Source: Podarcis vaucheri (Eukaryota). Taken from it: a stretch of 64,000 bases of DNA. The notes beneath the pieces were generated by a model. It made no database searches and was not told the origin of the DNA. It was given only the letters and a program-made list of their open reading frames with translations. Positions 25,688 through 38,140 of this stretch are shown piece by piece. The first letter of the stretch is position 1. Each line of letters opens with the position of its first letter. The position numbers and the translations under genes were made by a program. The stretch lies in NCBI GenBank assembly GCA_965113315.1, contig OZ220366.1; one strand, 5' to 3'.

Positions 25688-28281
25688 TACTCAAATTTTA
25701 GAAAGCAAATTTCAAACAAGAATGCAATATAACATATCGCTTGCTTATCACAATTTTTCTATACTCACTTACGGATTTCCACCAGTCTCTGGACTGTTTT
25801 ATGGAAGAGAGTATTAAATGATTTATGTAATGTGGGTATTGCATATGATGTATTCATCCCTTGTTTAGCTCTTGCTGTAATGGTTTGGCATGCTTGCTGT
25901 ACATTGATAGGGTAGATGCTTGCCATTTTTCTCTACCAACTGTTCAGATATATCTTATGTCTTTGCATGTACAAGTGAGAAATGCTTGATTTAATTTGTT
26001 GACTTTTGTTGAGAATTTACATGCATAGGTAAAAACATCTAATTTGTATTGAGGACTAAGAAACCTTTTGATTAGAAAGTTCAAATGCTTTTAATTAAAG
26101 TTGCAATATGCAAACTAAAAAGCACTATTTATTGCCCACAAAAGGGTATATATTTATGTTTGAATTTAAATTCAGCAATTTCCAATTTATACCCTGCCTT
26201 TTAGATTTGCCTTAGTAACCTGATTGCACAATAATCTTCGACTTCATGAACCATGGTTTGTGAGGCTGGGAATGTGCACTGGAGCCAAACCCTCACTCTC
26301 CCCCCTACCTTGCCTCATGAGCTGCTTTGGTGTTTTGTTTCTGGCTTGTATTAAGCGAAAGTTCTTGGCTGTAGCGCTGTAGCAGAACTGGAGAACTCTG
26401 GTAAAATCCCAGTTAGGAAGCCAGAGTGGAAAGCCAGGGAAATTATGGATTAAGTCAGAAATATAGTAAAGTGCCAGTGGAGTGTACAAGGGAAGGAGCA
26501 TTCAGCTCCAATGCCCTTTCCCCGCTTTTAGGAAATATTAGGTGATGAAGCCCGGACCAACTGCCGGAACTGGCCACTGCTGCATACAAAACATTAAATT
26601 GGCTTAAATGTACTTAAAGCAGAACAAAACACCCGCATCATCAAATTTATCACATTAATAAAAAGTATTGTATTTACTCTGTTTTGGATAGGACTGTACT
26701 CACACTGAAGGAGCAGGTTCATTCAGTCACCCTGACCTTTCGCCCCTGCACCATCTCCATAGGCAGCAGCAGCAATGCCACTGTTTGTGGCTCAGCTTGG
26801 CAGTGCCAACCAGCCCTGCTGGCTGCTCCTCACGGAGCTGCCTTTCAAAGACAGTTTGGAAACTGCAGTCAGCAAACTATCAGTTGCATTCTGGGATAAT
26901 TGGGACTGGGTGTAATGATACTGCATTGGTGCTTCACTAACTTAGCTGACACTCTGCTCATTCTCGGCCCAATTCAGAGCTACAGCTTAACCCTTTGAAG
27001 TCTTTTAAGCATGGGCCTGTCTGTCTTCACTTGTGCTTGTCTGTAAACCAAATTTACCTGGTTGAATTGGAGGACATTCTGTGAATAAGGTGACACCTCC
27101 CTCTGAACATGATGGGCAGGTTTTTTTTTATAAAAAAAAACCCCTTTGCCTCCTCTTCCATGGAAGGAATCATCCTGCCCTGCAGATCTTACCTTCTTCA
27201 GGAGATTTAGGTCAGGTCTTTTGTTCCTTAGGGAGAAAAGTCAGCTTTTTATCAGTGTTGTGAGTTATTTGAAGTCTGCTGTTTTGGGGTTTTTTTTGTC
27301 TTGTAGTTTCCCCTTTTTATGAGCTAACTTATGGAGTTGTCAGAGTTCTAGAGAGTTAGATTAGTTGGGGGTTCAGAAGTCATTTCTGCTCTTCTGGTTG
27401 GATCTGGAGGGTAGTTCAACTTCTCTCTCTGGAAGAGGAGACATTTTTTTTAAAGACAATGCTTATTGTGTTCAGAGGAAAGTGTCATCTTATTCACTGA
27501 ACATCTTCCAACTCAACCAGCAAACAGAAATTAAGTACCAATTTCCATTTTTTCAGCAGAGGCCATTATTTGGGGGCAACTGCCACCTGAGATACGTTAA
27601 GGGGTTTCTTGGGAGAAGGTCTTCTCAGTGATGACTTTCTGATTGTGGAATATTCTCCTTGGGTATGTTTGCCTAGTTTCTACCTTAATATCATTTTGGT
27701 GCCAGGCAAAGACCTTTTAAATTTCTCAGATCTTTTAATCGCTCTTTATTTTGGCTGTTTTGTATACTGATCTTAATATATTTTGCCCCCTTTAGTATTT
27801 TTTTTCATGTTTTTAAATTGTTTTCTTATGTTTTGGAGTTTTGTACGGGATAATTTTGATTGAAGGGCAGTATGTAAATCCTTAATATTAATAAGAATAT
27901 GAACACGAGAAAGATAGGTCTCTTTTTAGTAGGAAATTCTATCCCAGAGAATGCTCTCTTCTGAGCCCCAATTCAACTTGCAAGAGGAGGGTAGAGGACA
28001 GCTGATAGGGCTATCATCTGCCCGCCTCTTGTGAGTCAGGGCAGTTAGAAGTCGTTCCCAAAGCATGGAGGTGTGGATTCATGAGGGAGAAAAATGTCTC
28101 AAGAATGCTGAGCCTAGTCTGTGCAGACTTTTCTAGGTCATTGAAAACACAGTGAATCAAGCTTGGAAACACAGTAGCAACTGCTTGCTTTGAACTCCTG
28201 AAAAGAGGCATACTTCTGTGTTTTGTACCACATGAAACTTCTGAACAGTCTCCTAGGACAGTCCTTAAAAGGGAATTAATA

Positions 28282-28526
28282 CAGTGGTACCTCGTCCAGC
28301 GTCCGCCTTGTCGAGTGCCCGTTCCGTTGAACGTCCGCTGCAAACCTAGAAGTTACTTCCAGGTTCACCACTTGCTCATGTGCAGAAGCACTAAATCGCG
28401 CTTCGCGCATGCGCAGAAGCACAAACTACTCCACGTGTGTGCACATGCGGCTCTTTGTCCGGCGTCCTTTTCGGCTAGCAACCGGGGCTCTGGAACAGAT
28501 CCCAGTCGCAAAACGAGGTACTGCTG
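28282..28526. mobile_element. Tigger-type MITE, family C (single copy here)
   Basis: TA-CAGTGGTACCTCGT...ACGAGGTACTGCTG-TA; CpG-rich interior unlike families A and B. Confidence 0.8.
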
Positions 28527-29419
28527 TACTCTTTCCTGTTGAAAAATACTTATTCCTGGGGAGAGGGACTTGGTTGACATTCCAGATGGAACTGAAAAAA
28601 GCACTCCTGGCCACTCCAGGAGGATGCCCAGGCTGCAGCCCTGCTCTTTTAGAGAGAGGAAAGACATGCAGTGCTACCTCTCCTAGATTGACTGGGTTAC
28701 CAAACATCATCCTTTCAATCTTTCCTAGGTCAAGTAAAAGGAATTGTATCTAAAGAAAACAAACTAATAAATTAATTTGCTGCACAGTGTGAGGTTTTTG
28801 GTTTTACATGCGCATTTGATGTTCCATTTATAGGTTTATTTGTCAATCTGTTTGTACTGCTATTAACTCTGACACAGCTTCTGATAGTGCTTCAGGGCTT
28901 CCCCTCTTCTCCTCTTGCCAACCCCAAATCCATTGTAGATGGTCAGGAGAATGCCTAGAACAACATGTAAGGGGAGGAGAGTGGAGGTAAGTTTGTCTGG
29001 CAAGCAGAAATGCTTGTGCTGATGGAACAATAAGAAGAGTGTGACATTGAATTCCTCCCTGAATGTTGAAATATCATAAAGAAATTTGGTACAAACATCT
29101 AAAATACAATTCTGTGTTTCATGGTTGAATATCAGTGTAATCATCCCTGCATCTCCTGTTCAAAATGGAGAGGAAAATGTAAGATGTAGCAGAATGCAAT
29201 ATTGGCTATGAAGAGTGAGGCATCAGGATGAAATAAGGTGTGAAAAGTTTTTGTATTTCAAGGATGAACCCCAGGTCAGCTAGTGCAACAATTTTGAAAG
29301 CAGGTAGGTAAGATGTACAAAACATCTTAATATAATAACTAATTTTAAGTTTGAAAGTTCATTATGAAATGTGGTGTATATGCCATACTTCTTCCAACAG
29401 TTTAAATTTGCTTCAAAAT

Positions 29420-29670
29420 GTGGTGATGGCAACCAGCTTACATGACTTTTATAAAAGTGGATGACAAATAGATAGCTATTGATTCCTGTTGGTCATAATG
29501 GCCATCCAGGACCAGAGACACCATGTTCTGAATACCAGTAACGGGAGCCAGTGCTCCCTTAAAAGTAGTTATTGCCTTCATGTTGTGCTTGTGGGCTTCT
29601 CTGAGGCATCTGGTTGGCCACTGTGGGAAACAGGATGCCATGCTAGATAGGCCTTTGGTATGATCCTGCT
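29420..29670 (+). mobile_element. Older CR1 3' UTR fragment
   Basis: GGCATCTGGTTGGCCACTGTGGGAAACAGGATGC...GGCCTTTGGTATGATCC matches the other CR1 3' ends in the window. Confidence 0.65.
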
Positions 29671-29687
29671 GAGTACAGTATTTTAAG

Positions 29688-29688
<1 letters not shown>

Positions 29689-29732
<44 letters not shown>
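29689..29732. repeat. (ATT)n microsatellite
   Basis: Directly visible. Confidence 0.98.
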
Positions 29733-31860
29733 CCAGTTGATGTTAAACATCTTCTTGGCCAGCATACCTTTTTTCAGTGGTGGTGCAGAGAAAATAAAAG
29801 TATATTGTAATGCAATATTTACCTTCGAAACTTGAGATGGATGGTGTGCATTATTCATTTCATTTTTAAATCTAAGTTCAAAACTTACACCTAAGTTCAA
29901 GGTGGCTAGGAGTGAACAAAGTGTCCCCAATCCTTTCCTTTTTATTGTATATATGGTTAATACAGGGATATAGCATTTATTCAGGAACTTTTACCCCGAG
30001 ACACTCATATGCCTACTCCCTTTCTAATTAAAAATGAGTCATATCTTCACTAGATAAAATACTGCAGCAGAATTAAAGCTGCTAGTAGCCATATCCTAAG
30101 ACTTACTGAGCCAGCACATAAATGCTTAGGATGGTAAATACAAACACACATACTGAAACAGTACTGTATGATGAAATGTAATAATTTTACACTAAATATT
30201 CAGAACAATTTTAATTTATTGCTGATTTTTTTAGAATAAAAAACTTTCTGTCCAGAAGAGCTATTTGAACACTTCAGTACAAATGCATTAACATGTTGAT
30301 ACTGAGGATCTTAATTTTGGATTTGATGCATACTCACTCACAGCTACTCCTGTCCTTGGTCGGCATGAAAGAAACACTATATTGCACAGTTCAACTTGTG
30401 TAAAACTGTGTTGCACCTAATAAGAATTTGTTCATGCAAATATTTGTGCATGACCAAAGTATCCTTGCACTTGCACATACCAAGTGGGCCAAAAGAGTAT
30501 TTTGACGTGGAACCTGCGTCCACACAGTGCATTGTTGCATGGGGAGCACAAACTCAAAATTTGACTTCTTCCCCAGCCCTCACACTGCCTTCCTAAAGAT
30601 GGGTAAGCAAGGCACTGGGCTTTGCGAAAATGCACAAGACTCTGGCAGGGTCCTGGAGCCCTCACACCTCCTTCCCAAACCCAGTCCCTTGCTTACTAAG
30701 CTTTGGGAAGGCAGTGCGAGGGCTTGGGGGCAGGGTTCAAAATTAGGGTGCATTTTGCACCTAAAGATTCTCCATTTGCGAGCACCTCAAATAGTCTGGG
30801 TGCTATTTTTTTTGCGCCTGGCTGACACTCACGTATTACTGAAATGTATGTGCTTTGAAATGTTAAGGATAGACAATATGTTAAGGAGTTTAACTATAAA
30901 GAGGGAGAGTATTTTGAAAACTGAAGTATGGTACCAATATTTTTATTGTAGACACCAAATTAAACATGTAATAACAATTTCAGCTAAAATGTTATGTTAA
31001 CAATGTTTCACTTATATGAATTGCGTATTAGTTCATGCTTATCAAAATAATAAATAAAAAGTGTTGCTGACTCTCTCCCCCCTCCAGTGGGGCCTACACA
31101 TTCTGTTTTGGTGCCCACAACCCATGTCCAAGAAGTCATTTGGTTCCTAGCTTTTCTATCCCAGTTTCTAACACTGCCGGGGCGGGAGTGTCAAATGTTG
31201 CTGAGGGCTGCCAAAAAGGCCTCAAGGGCCACACTTTGGACCACCCCGCTTTAAGGGGTAAACTGTAAGTTTTAGTGGTTTCAAATTAGTGATTGGTGAA
31301 CTCCCCTCAACTTGCTTTGGAGTCAGCTTGGTATTTAAAATGTTTGTTGGGAAATTATTTGATGAAGCTACTATGTTTTCTTTGGGTTTATCAAGTTTGC
31401 TTGTGTGTGTATTTAAAAATAATAAAATAATATGCTACTAATAAAACTTCACAGTGGCTTACAGAAAGTTTAATAAAAATGTTAAATAACAATACTAAAG
31501 CAAAATAAAATGTTTCTTCAAAACTAGGAGAATAATAATGAAAAAGCAAGCACAGAAACAGTCAGCAAAAAAAGGATTTTTGAATTAGATAATGCTTAGT
31601 CTGCCTTTAAAAAAGACAGCAAGGAGGAGGCTATACATTCCTCTTTCATGAGAGAACACCACAGTGTCAGGGCTGCCGATGAGAAGACCTCTGTGTCTCA
31701 TAGAGGCAAATGTATCCTCTCTGAAAGTTAGAATCTGAAGCAGTCTTATCAGAGAATAAGCGCCAGGGTTATGCAGGAGGAAGCATTTCCTGAGATTATC
31801 AGCACTAAGGCCTTTTAAGGCTTTACTGTTCCAGACCACTACCTTAAACAGATCCCAGTA

Positions 31861-32089
31861 CAGTGGTACCTCGGGTTCCATATGCTTCAGGTTACATACG
31901 CTTCAGGTTACATACTGTGCTAGTACTTCGGGTTAAGAACTTTCTTCAGGATGAGAACAGAAATCGTGCTCCAGCGGCACGGCGGCAGCGGGAGGCCCCA
32001 TTAGCAAAAATGGTGCTTCAGGTTAAGAACAGTTTCAGGTTAAGAACGGACCTCCGGAACGAATTAAGTACTAACCTGAGGTACTGCTG
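31861..32089. mobile_element. Tigger-type MITE, family B
   Basis: TIRs (right slightly decayed), TA TSD. Confidence 0.9.
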
Positions 32090-32149
32090 TAATGAATGGC
32101 AGACAACATAGATGTCAGAATGCACAGTATATGATAATGGACTGAGATC

Positions 32150-32208
32150 TCTCAGTTGGTACAGCATGAGACTCCAAATCTCAGGGTTGTGGGTTCGAGC
32201 CCCACATT
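32150..32208 (+). mobile_element. tRNA-derived SINE head fragment
   Basis: CTCAGTTGGTACAGCATGAGACTC...GGGTTCGAGCCCCAC; no acceptor stem. Confidence 0.55.
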
Positions 32209-32244
32209 TTTTTGTGGATTGAGCTTGAGTTTATTCATCCAGTG

Positions 32245-32502
32245 CAGGGGTAGGCAACCTAAGGCCCAGGGGCCAGATGCAGCCCAATCACCTTTTTAAT
32301 TTGGCCTGTGGACGGTCTGGGAATCAGTGTGTTTTTACATGAGTAGAATGTGTCCTTTTATTTAAAATGCATCTCTGGGTTATTTGTGCGGCATCAGAAT
32401 TCATTCATTCCCCCCCCCCAAAAAAAAAAATATAGTCCGGCCCACCACATGGTCTGAGGGACAGTGGACTGGCCCACGGCTTCAAAAGGTTACTGACCCC
32501 TG
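32245..32502. mobile_element. hAT-Charlie-type MITE
   Basis: CAGGGGTAGGCAACCT...AGGTTACTGACCCCTG termini, GGCCC-rich subtermini, 8-bp TSD atccagtg/actcagtg. Confidence 0.8.
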
Positions 32503-32799
32503 ACTCAGTGCATCACTGATTTTAGGTACACATTTAGGGATGTTACCACATCACTTGAGTATTTGTGCATTCGTGTAAATGGTGCCATATTTATGTAGAC
32601 TACCATATTGTTCCCTAGAGATTGTAGTTCAGTTTCACATACAGTGGTCCCCCCAAAAAAACTAGGTGTGCCCTATGGGCCAGTGCGCCCTATGAGGCAA
32701 AAAATATGGTAGGTTTTATTGAACTCAGTGGTGTTTACTTCTGAATAGCATGCATAGGATTTGTACTGACAGTTTTCTGTGAGTTAAATAAGCAATATA

Positions 32800-33054
32800 C
32801 AGTGGTACCTTGCAAGACGAATGCCTTGCAAGACGAAAAACTCGCAAGACGAAAGAGTTTTTTGAGTTGCGTCGCAAGACGAATTTCCCAATGGGCTTGC
32901 TTCGTAAGACGAAAACGTCTTGCAAGTTTGTTTCCTTTTTCTTAAAACAGTTGCGACTTGACTTCGAGGAGCAACTCGTGCTTCGCAAGACGAAAAATTC
33001 GCTAGACGAAAAAACTCGCAGAACGAATTAATTTCATCTTGTGAGGTACCACTG
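32800..33054. mobile_element. Tigger-derived MITE, family A
   Basis: TA-CAGTGGTACCTTGCAAGACGAA...GAGGTACCACTG-TA. Confidence 0.93.
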
Positions 33055-33555
33055 TAAATCAAGGCTATTGCAATAAAAAGTATTGCTGAGAATTCTGAAT
33101 TGTGGCTATATTATATTTAAAAAATGGTTCCCAAACTTTTTTAAGCTTATGGACCAATTGAGATGCATGCTAAATGAGTGGAAAATGCACAAGTAATCTG
33201 CACATTCTGTTTCTACAAGTATGGACAACTGGCAGAGTAGGTTCTGATTAGAACTAGGGACTTAAATTTTTGCAATGAATTTTTTTCTGTAGATTTACCT
33301 ATCTTCCAGTTTGCATCAGATCCCTAGAGAACGATCTGATTTACAATGTTTATTTTTCCAATGTATTTAGTAAACAAAGCCAAACACTTTGAAACTTCAG
33401 GACTGGTCTAATATTGTATTGGCATCCATTCACTTCTACTTATGAAATGGAAATCTAGTGGCTCTGATTTGTTTTACTGCATTTGTCTTGAAAATTATAA
33501 CCTTCCCATCCTCCCAAAGTAGCCCAGAGTGGCAAACAGCATGCACATGGGCGAC

Positions 33556-33593
33556 AAACAAACAAACAAACAAACAAACAAACAAACAAACAA
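33556..33593. repeat. (AAAC)n microsatellite
   Basis: Directly visible. Confidence 0.97.
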
Positions 33594-34094
33594 TAGAATT
33601 ATCACCACCACCACTACTACACAGAAATATTAAGCATTGGAAATTTTTCCACTGCACGTCTCTAGTTTGAATGTTTTATAAAACAAATCCCAAATCCTGA
33701 GCAATAAATAATATGGTACATAATACTATTCTCAGTTAGCTATTTGCTTATCTTTAAATTGGGAATGTGCCACTGATATTTACCTAAGGTGGGAAGATGT
33801 TGTCCAAAACAAGTGACTGGGTCATACATTTCATATACTTGCCCTCCTGTGGCAGCCATAGTGCTGTGCTTCAGTTCACTGTTACAGTTCACTGTGAAGG
33901 CCAGAGCATACCACAGCCACAGGTATTATAGTGCTGTGCTATGTACAGTTTTTCACACATGGCTTTTCCATTTTGGCTTTATTTCTGTTAAATAAATCAT
34001 GACATGGTGTAATATGTCATGTGTTGTTGTTTATCTGAGGTTGCATTTACCTAATTTTAAGACCACCTAAGGAACAAATGATTGTTATTATGAC

Positions 34095-34194
34095 AAATAC
34101 AGCAGTGTATCTGAAGAAGTGTGCATGCACACGAAAGCTCATACCAAGAACTAACTTAGTTGGTCTTTAAGGTGCTACTGGAAGGAATTTTTTT
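34095..34194 (+). mobile_element. Penelope-like pseudo-LTR fragment, same family as 19489-19708
   Basis: ~80 bp nearly identical to 19617-19700; 14-bp TSD ATTGTTATTATGAC (34081-34094, 34195-34208). Confidence 0.85.
34107..34144 (+). ncRNA. Minimal type I hammerhead ribozyme motif (Penelope type)
   Basis: GTAT-CTGAAGA-A-GTGTG(CATG)CACAC-GAAA-GCTC^ATAC: CUGANGA and GAAA boxes, stem II, 4-bp stem I, palindromic AGCU for a dimeric stem III. Confidence 0.7.
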
Positions 34195-35352
34195 ATTGTT
34201 ATTATGACTTCATATGTAAAATTCAAAGAGGGTGCACTTTCTTTTCCCCATGACTGTATGTAACAGTGAACTGAAGCACAACTCTATAATGCCAGTAGCT
34301 GTGGTGTGCTCTGGCTTTCAACTTTTAAAAAACAATATGACAAAAGAGTCCCAGGAACAGCTTTGCTGTGAGTGAAGTATAAGAACACTATGGCTAGTCT
34401 CCTGCCTGCTCCTCAAGCCACACTGTTTAGGCCAGAGAGGGAGGTGAGTATTCATTCTGTAATGAGCAACAGTAACTCTTTCTCCAACTTGGGAAAATAA
34501 AGCACTCTGCAGTGGCAATTGAAAATCTTTTGTGTTTTTTATCCTGCCTGTACAAGGAAACTTAGTGCTGCTGTCCTGTAGTGGCAAGGAGAGAAGGGTA
34601 ATGTGCTAATCACCATCCCATGGAAACCGAAGTGCAGAGCTGCTTTAAACCCAACCAAACAAAATAAATCAGGATGTTGTTTAATGTTAATTGCACAGTT
34701 ATATAGAACTCGAGTTTATAAGCTTATATTTTCAACAACAAAAAAAGTTATGCACTTGGATCCTGAGATAAGGCGAGTCAGCTAATGAAATGATAGTTTC
34801 CTACCTTGCCTCTGCCCCTAGAACATACCATTTGAGACCATATGTGCACATTCCCAATTAAATGATAAACTGTACAATTTGCATTTTTCTGACTTGAATA
34901 AGGATTTTCTTGGCATGCATCAGGTTATATTTTGGGAAGAGGTGGTGAGTTAAAAGCATATCTGCACCAAAATGAAGGAAAATCATGGTATGATTCCCCC
35001 CCATCTCTTTCTTCTCATTGCAACTATCTCTGGCCTCCCAAAACTTTTTTTTTAATGAACTTGCTGCTAGATTTTCTATATCATTTAGATAGTTTGTTTG
35101 TGTGTAAATTTTGTGTGCTCACATTGATGTACAGTATTACGAATATGAGGGGAAACATGTTATGGAAAGGAGCACAATTTGCATTCTTCTGCTCACACAC
35201 TCCTTTTTTTAACAAAGGAAAAATGGGGAAAGTGAGGGGGGAAAGTACAAAGATGTGTATAAGAAAGAGGGGGAAAAGCAATATACAAAAATGCATGGCA
35301 GTATACTCCCATACATTCTTATATAAATTGATATAGTGTTATTATCCTAATA

Positions 35353-35650
35353 CAGTGGTGCCCCGCAAGACGAATGCCTTGCAAGACGGAAAACTCGCTA
35401 GACGAAAGAGTTTTCCGTTTTGGAGGTGCTTCGCAAAACGAATCTCCTATGGGCTTGCTTCGCAAGACGAAAATGTCTTGCGAGTTCCTGCGGGTTCCCC
35501 CCTTTTTCTAAGCCGCTTATCAGCTGATCCGATAAGCCGCTAATAGCGCTAATCCGCTAATCCGTCAATGGGCTTGCTTCGCAAGACGAAAAAACCGCTA
35601 GACGAAGAGAATCACAGAACGGATTCTTTTCGTCTTGCGAGGCACCACTG
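35353..35650. mobile_element. Tigger-type MITE, family A (TTAGCGG subfamily, inverted relative to 25344)
   Basis: TIRs and TA TSD; near reverse complement of 25344-25687. Confidence 0.93.
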
Positions 35651-36594
35651 TACATATTTTGATAATAGCCTTCTATATTCTGTATAAACTCATTCCAAAT
35701 GTTGTCATATTTATTCAAACAAAGTCTACATCTGTAAGCAGTCTGTCCATAAGTTGCAAGTGTTATCATATTGTCGGTACATTGATTAAAGTGTATCATA
35801 TCTTTATTCTTCCATCAATATCAGTCTCTTGGCCACCATTAGGGCACATAGAACCCATTTTTGTTGTCCCGGTGTTAATTTCCACCCAATAGGAACACTC
35901 TCCTGTTCGTAGTGTGTGGGGTAGGACAATGCAGCACCACCAGAGAAGATAGAACCCATAGACCAGGGCAGAAGCTACCATTCCAGCTACATTCCCTTTT
36001 CCCCAGCCCCTTCTGTACTTGTAGCCTCCTATGGGCATTCTGTTATTGCTTGCTGGTAGATGCTGTGCTTTGCATGTAGCAGAAATGTGGTGAGGCTGAG
36101 ACAAGAATGCTGTCTCTTGCCCTGGTACAGTTTGTTGATTTACAAATGAGTTGTTGCAGATACTCAAGCTTCTTGCCAGTTCTGAATAGTAAGATACTTT
36201 ATAGAACTTTCCACATAGATCACAGATGTTCTAGATGTTATCACTGCACTGTTTGCGGTCACTGCCTGCATTATTTCAAACACTGTCTTTCCAATAGCGA
36301 GGGCTAGAAACTTGTTTTAAAACTAAAGCTGGATGTCTTTGGATTCTGTGTCAGCTGTTACATGTTGTTAAATTCTGTGAGGGTTTTTTATATATATGTG
36401 ACAAGCTATCAGTTCTAATTATGTTGCTCTTGACACTAATCCACTGAATTTGTTACTATTTCAAAGTTCCTAGGAGGAAATAGGGAAATAAATATATGTA
36501 GTTGATAGTTAACACACTCCCAAATTTCATAATGTAGGAGTTTGGGGTTGCAACATAGTACAGATCCTACCCACCTCACTTACAGAAGTAAATG

Positions 36595-36690
36595 CTTCTC
36601 GGTTGGTTAGAGTGTGGTGCTGCATATTTCTGTATTGCAGGGGGTTGGAGCAGATGATCCTCAGGGTCCCTTCCAGCTCCATGATTCTGT
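36595..36690 (+). mobile_element. Short SINE with CR1-derived tail, internally deleted
   Basis: GGTTGGTTAGAGTGTGGTGCTG head remnant plus GGTCCCTTCCAGCTCCATGATTCTGTG CR1-type tail. Confidence 0.55.
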
Positions 36691-37929
36691 GGGAAATGGA
36701 GCAATATTTCTGTAAGCATGTGCAAACTTCTGAGGTGGATAGGGTGTTTCATCAAGGCTTTTAAGCTATTGTTTGTACCTTTCTCTTACAATTCAGCAGC
36801 ATCTGTTTATATCCATTTGGATAGTTTGAATCAAATTTATATCCCACCCTTTCTCCTGAAGGAACCAAGGGCAGCAAACAAACAGCATTTCAAATACATA
36901 AATAAAATAGCCAAACATTCTAAACATTTTCTATGACTTATCTGATGCTTTTCACAGGTATTTAGGTGAGGGAGTAATGAAACAGCAAACACAGATGAAG
37001 TGAGTTGAGTTTGCTTGTAATGATTTAATAATACGTTTGACTGCTCTCAGATCCTCCCTCCTTTTAAATACATTAAAACACCTGAATATCACTTTAGTTT
37101 TCAGCCTGATGTGGAGCTCTGCAGCTGCATTGCACTTGTTCTTGTAAGAGGTTATGCTTTGAAAGTAGAAATTAGTATTTGTGTCTTGTGATAAGACTTT
37201 TGGGGCACTCTGTTAGGAAACATATCAATATTTCATAATTCCCATGAGAAATACTGGTCACAATATTTTTTGGTTTTATGCATATTGTGTATCTATATGT
37301 ATCACACCTATATTTATACTTACTCATGTTTTATTGTCCATTTGCACTTTGAAATGCAATGCATTTGTGCTTGCTACCTCATGATAAAAACCTAATCATG
37401 TTGAATGTTTTCCTTTTATATGAAGTTGATGTATGAGTATTCCCAATATTGTTGTTTCTTAGTAATTCTGGATTGCATATAAATTGAAGAGAGACAACTT
37501 AATGTAGTGGATTGCAAGCAGCATAATGTCTTGTATATTTTCTGAGTTTTTAATTGCTCTTTTTCTTCACAAGAACAAGCTATGGTCTCTATTTCTCCTC
37601 TGTTCTCCTTAGACTTAAGTGTTTTATTTATCTTAATAATTATTGAGAAATATTTTGACACCTCTAAGACTAATTAAATGCTCTAAAATATCCAGCAAAC
37701 CTGCTGTAATACAGCTGTATTGTGAAAAGAGAAATCTAACTCCTAATGCAGTAATTAGCTCAAATTCTTGTGTAGCATTATTGCATTGCACTGCCCTTTC
37801 TTTGGGGTGGTGAAATTTAGAACGCTATTCTAATCCTGTGCGGTTGTGGCTAATTTTGCTGTAAACTTGAAAGTGTTAACAACAACTTGAAAATGTGACA
37901 AAGCTCAATTTCATTTCTTGTTTATTGCT

Positions 37930-38140
37930 TGTTTTCCTATTGGACAATGGGAAGCAGCTCTACCCTGGCAACTAAAGCTTGCTATTTGCATAACCTGCTT
38001 TGATTGGCCAGCTCTCTGACTAACTCTTCCAATCATACGGTGTCGTTTTAGTGGTAGGCTATGCTAATTAGCTGCTGTTGCTGGGGTTCAGGGTGGTTTC
38101 TGTGTGCTGTTCTGCTGCATTGTGTTGCCTGGTGAGAGAC
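37930..38140 (+). promoter_or_regulatory. Candidate intronic promoter/enhancer (3 CCAAT boxes, octamer, RFX half-sites)
   Basis: ATTGG 37939, TGATTGGC 38001, CCAATCA 38029, ATTTGCAT 37984, CCTGGCAAC 37964, GTTGCCTGG 38124; lies in a stretch with no recognisable repeats. Motif evidence only. Confidence 0.4.

Larger units (their letters stand above)
33945..34257. mobile_element. Tc1-like transposon terminal fragment interrupted by the Penelope insertion
   Basis: Begins TACAG and ends ...CTTTCTTTTCCCCATGACTGTA; resembles recalled Tc1 3' ends; contiguous once the Penelope piece and one TSD are removed. Confidence 0.55.

Noticed and set aside
32150-32208. Possible tRNA gene
   Set aside because: A/B boxes are present but there is no acceptor stem or complete cloverleaf; best explained as a SINE head.
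32603-32709. Possible small Tc2-type MITE (TA-CCATATT...AATATGG-TA)
   Set aside because: Only ~7 bp of terminal complementarity; too weak to call without a repeat library.
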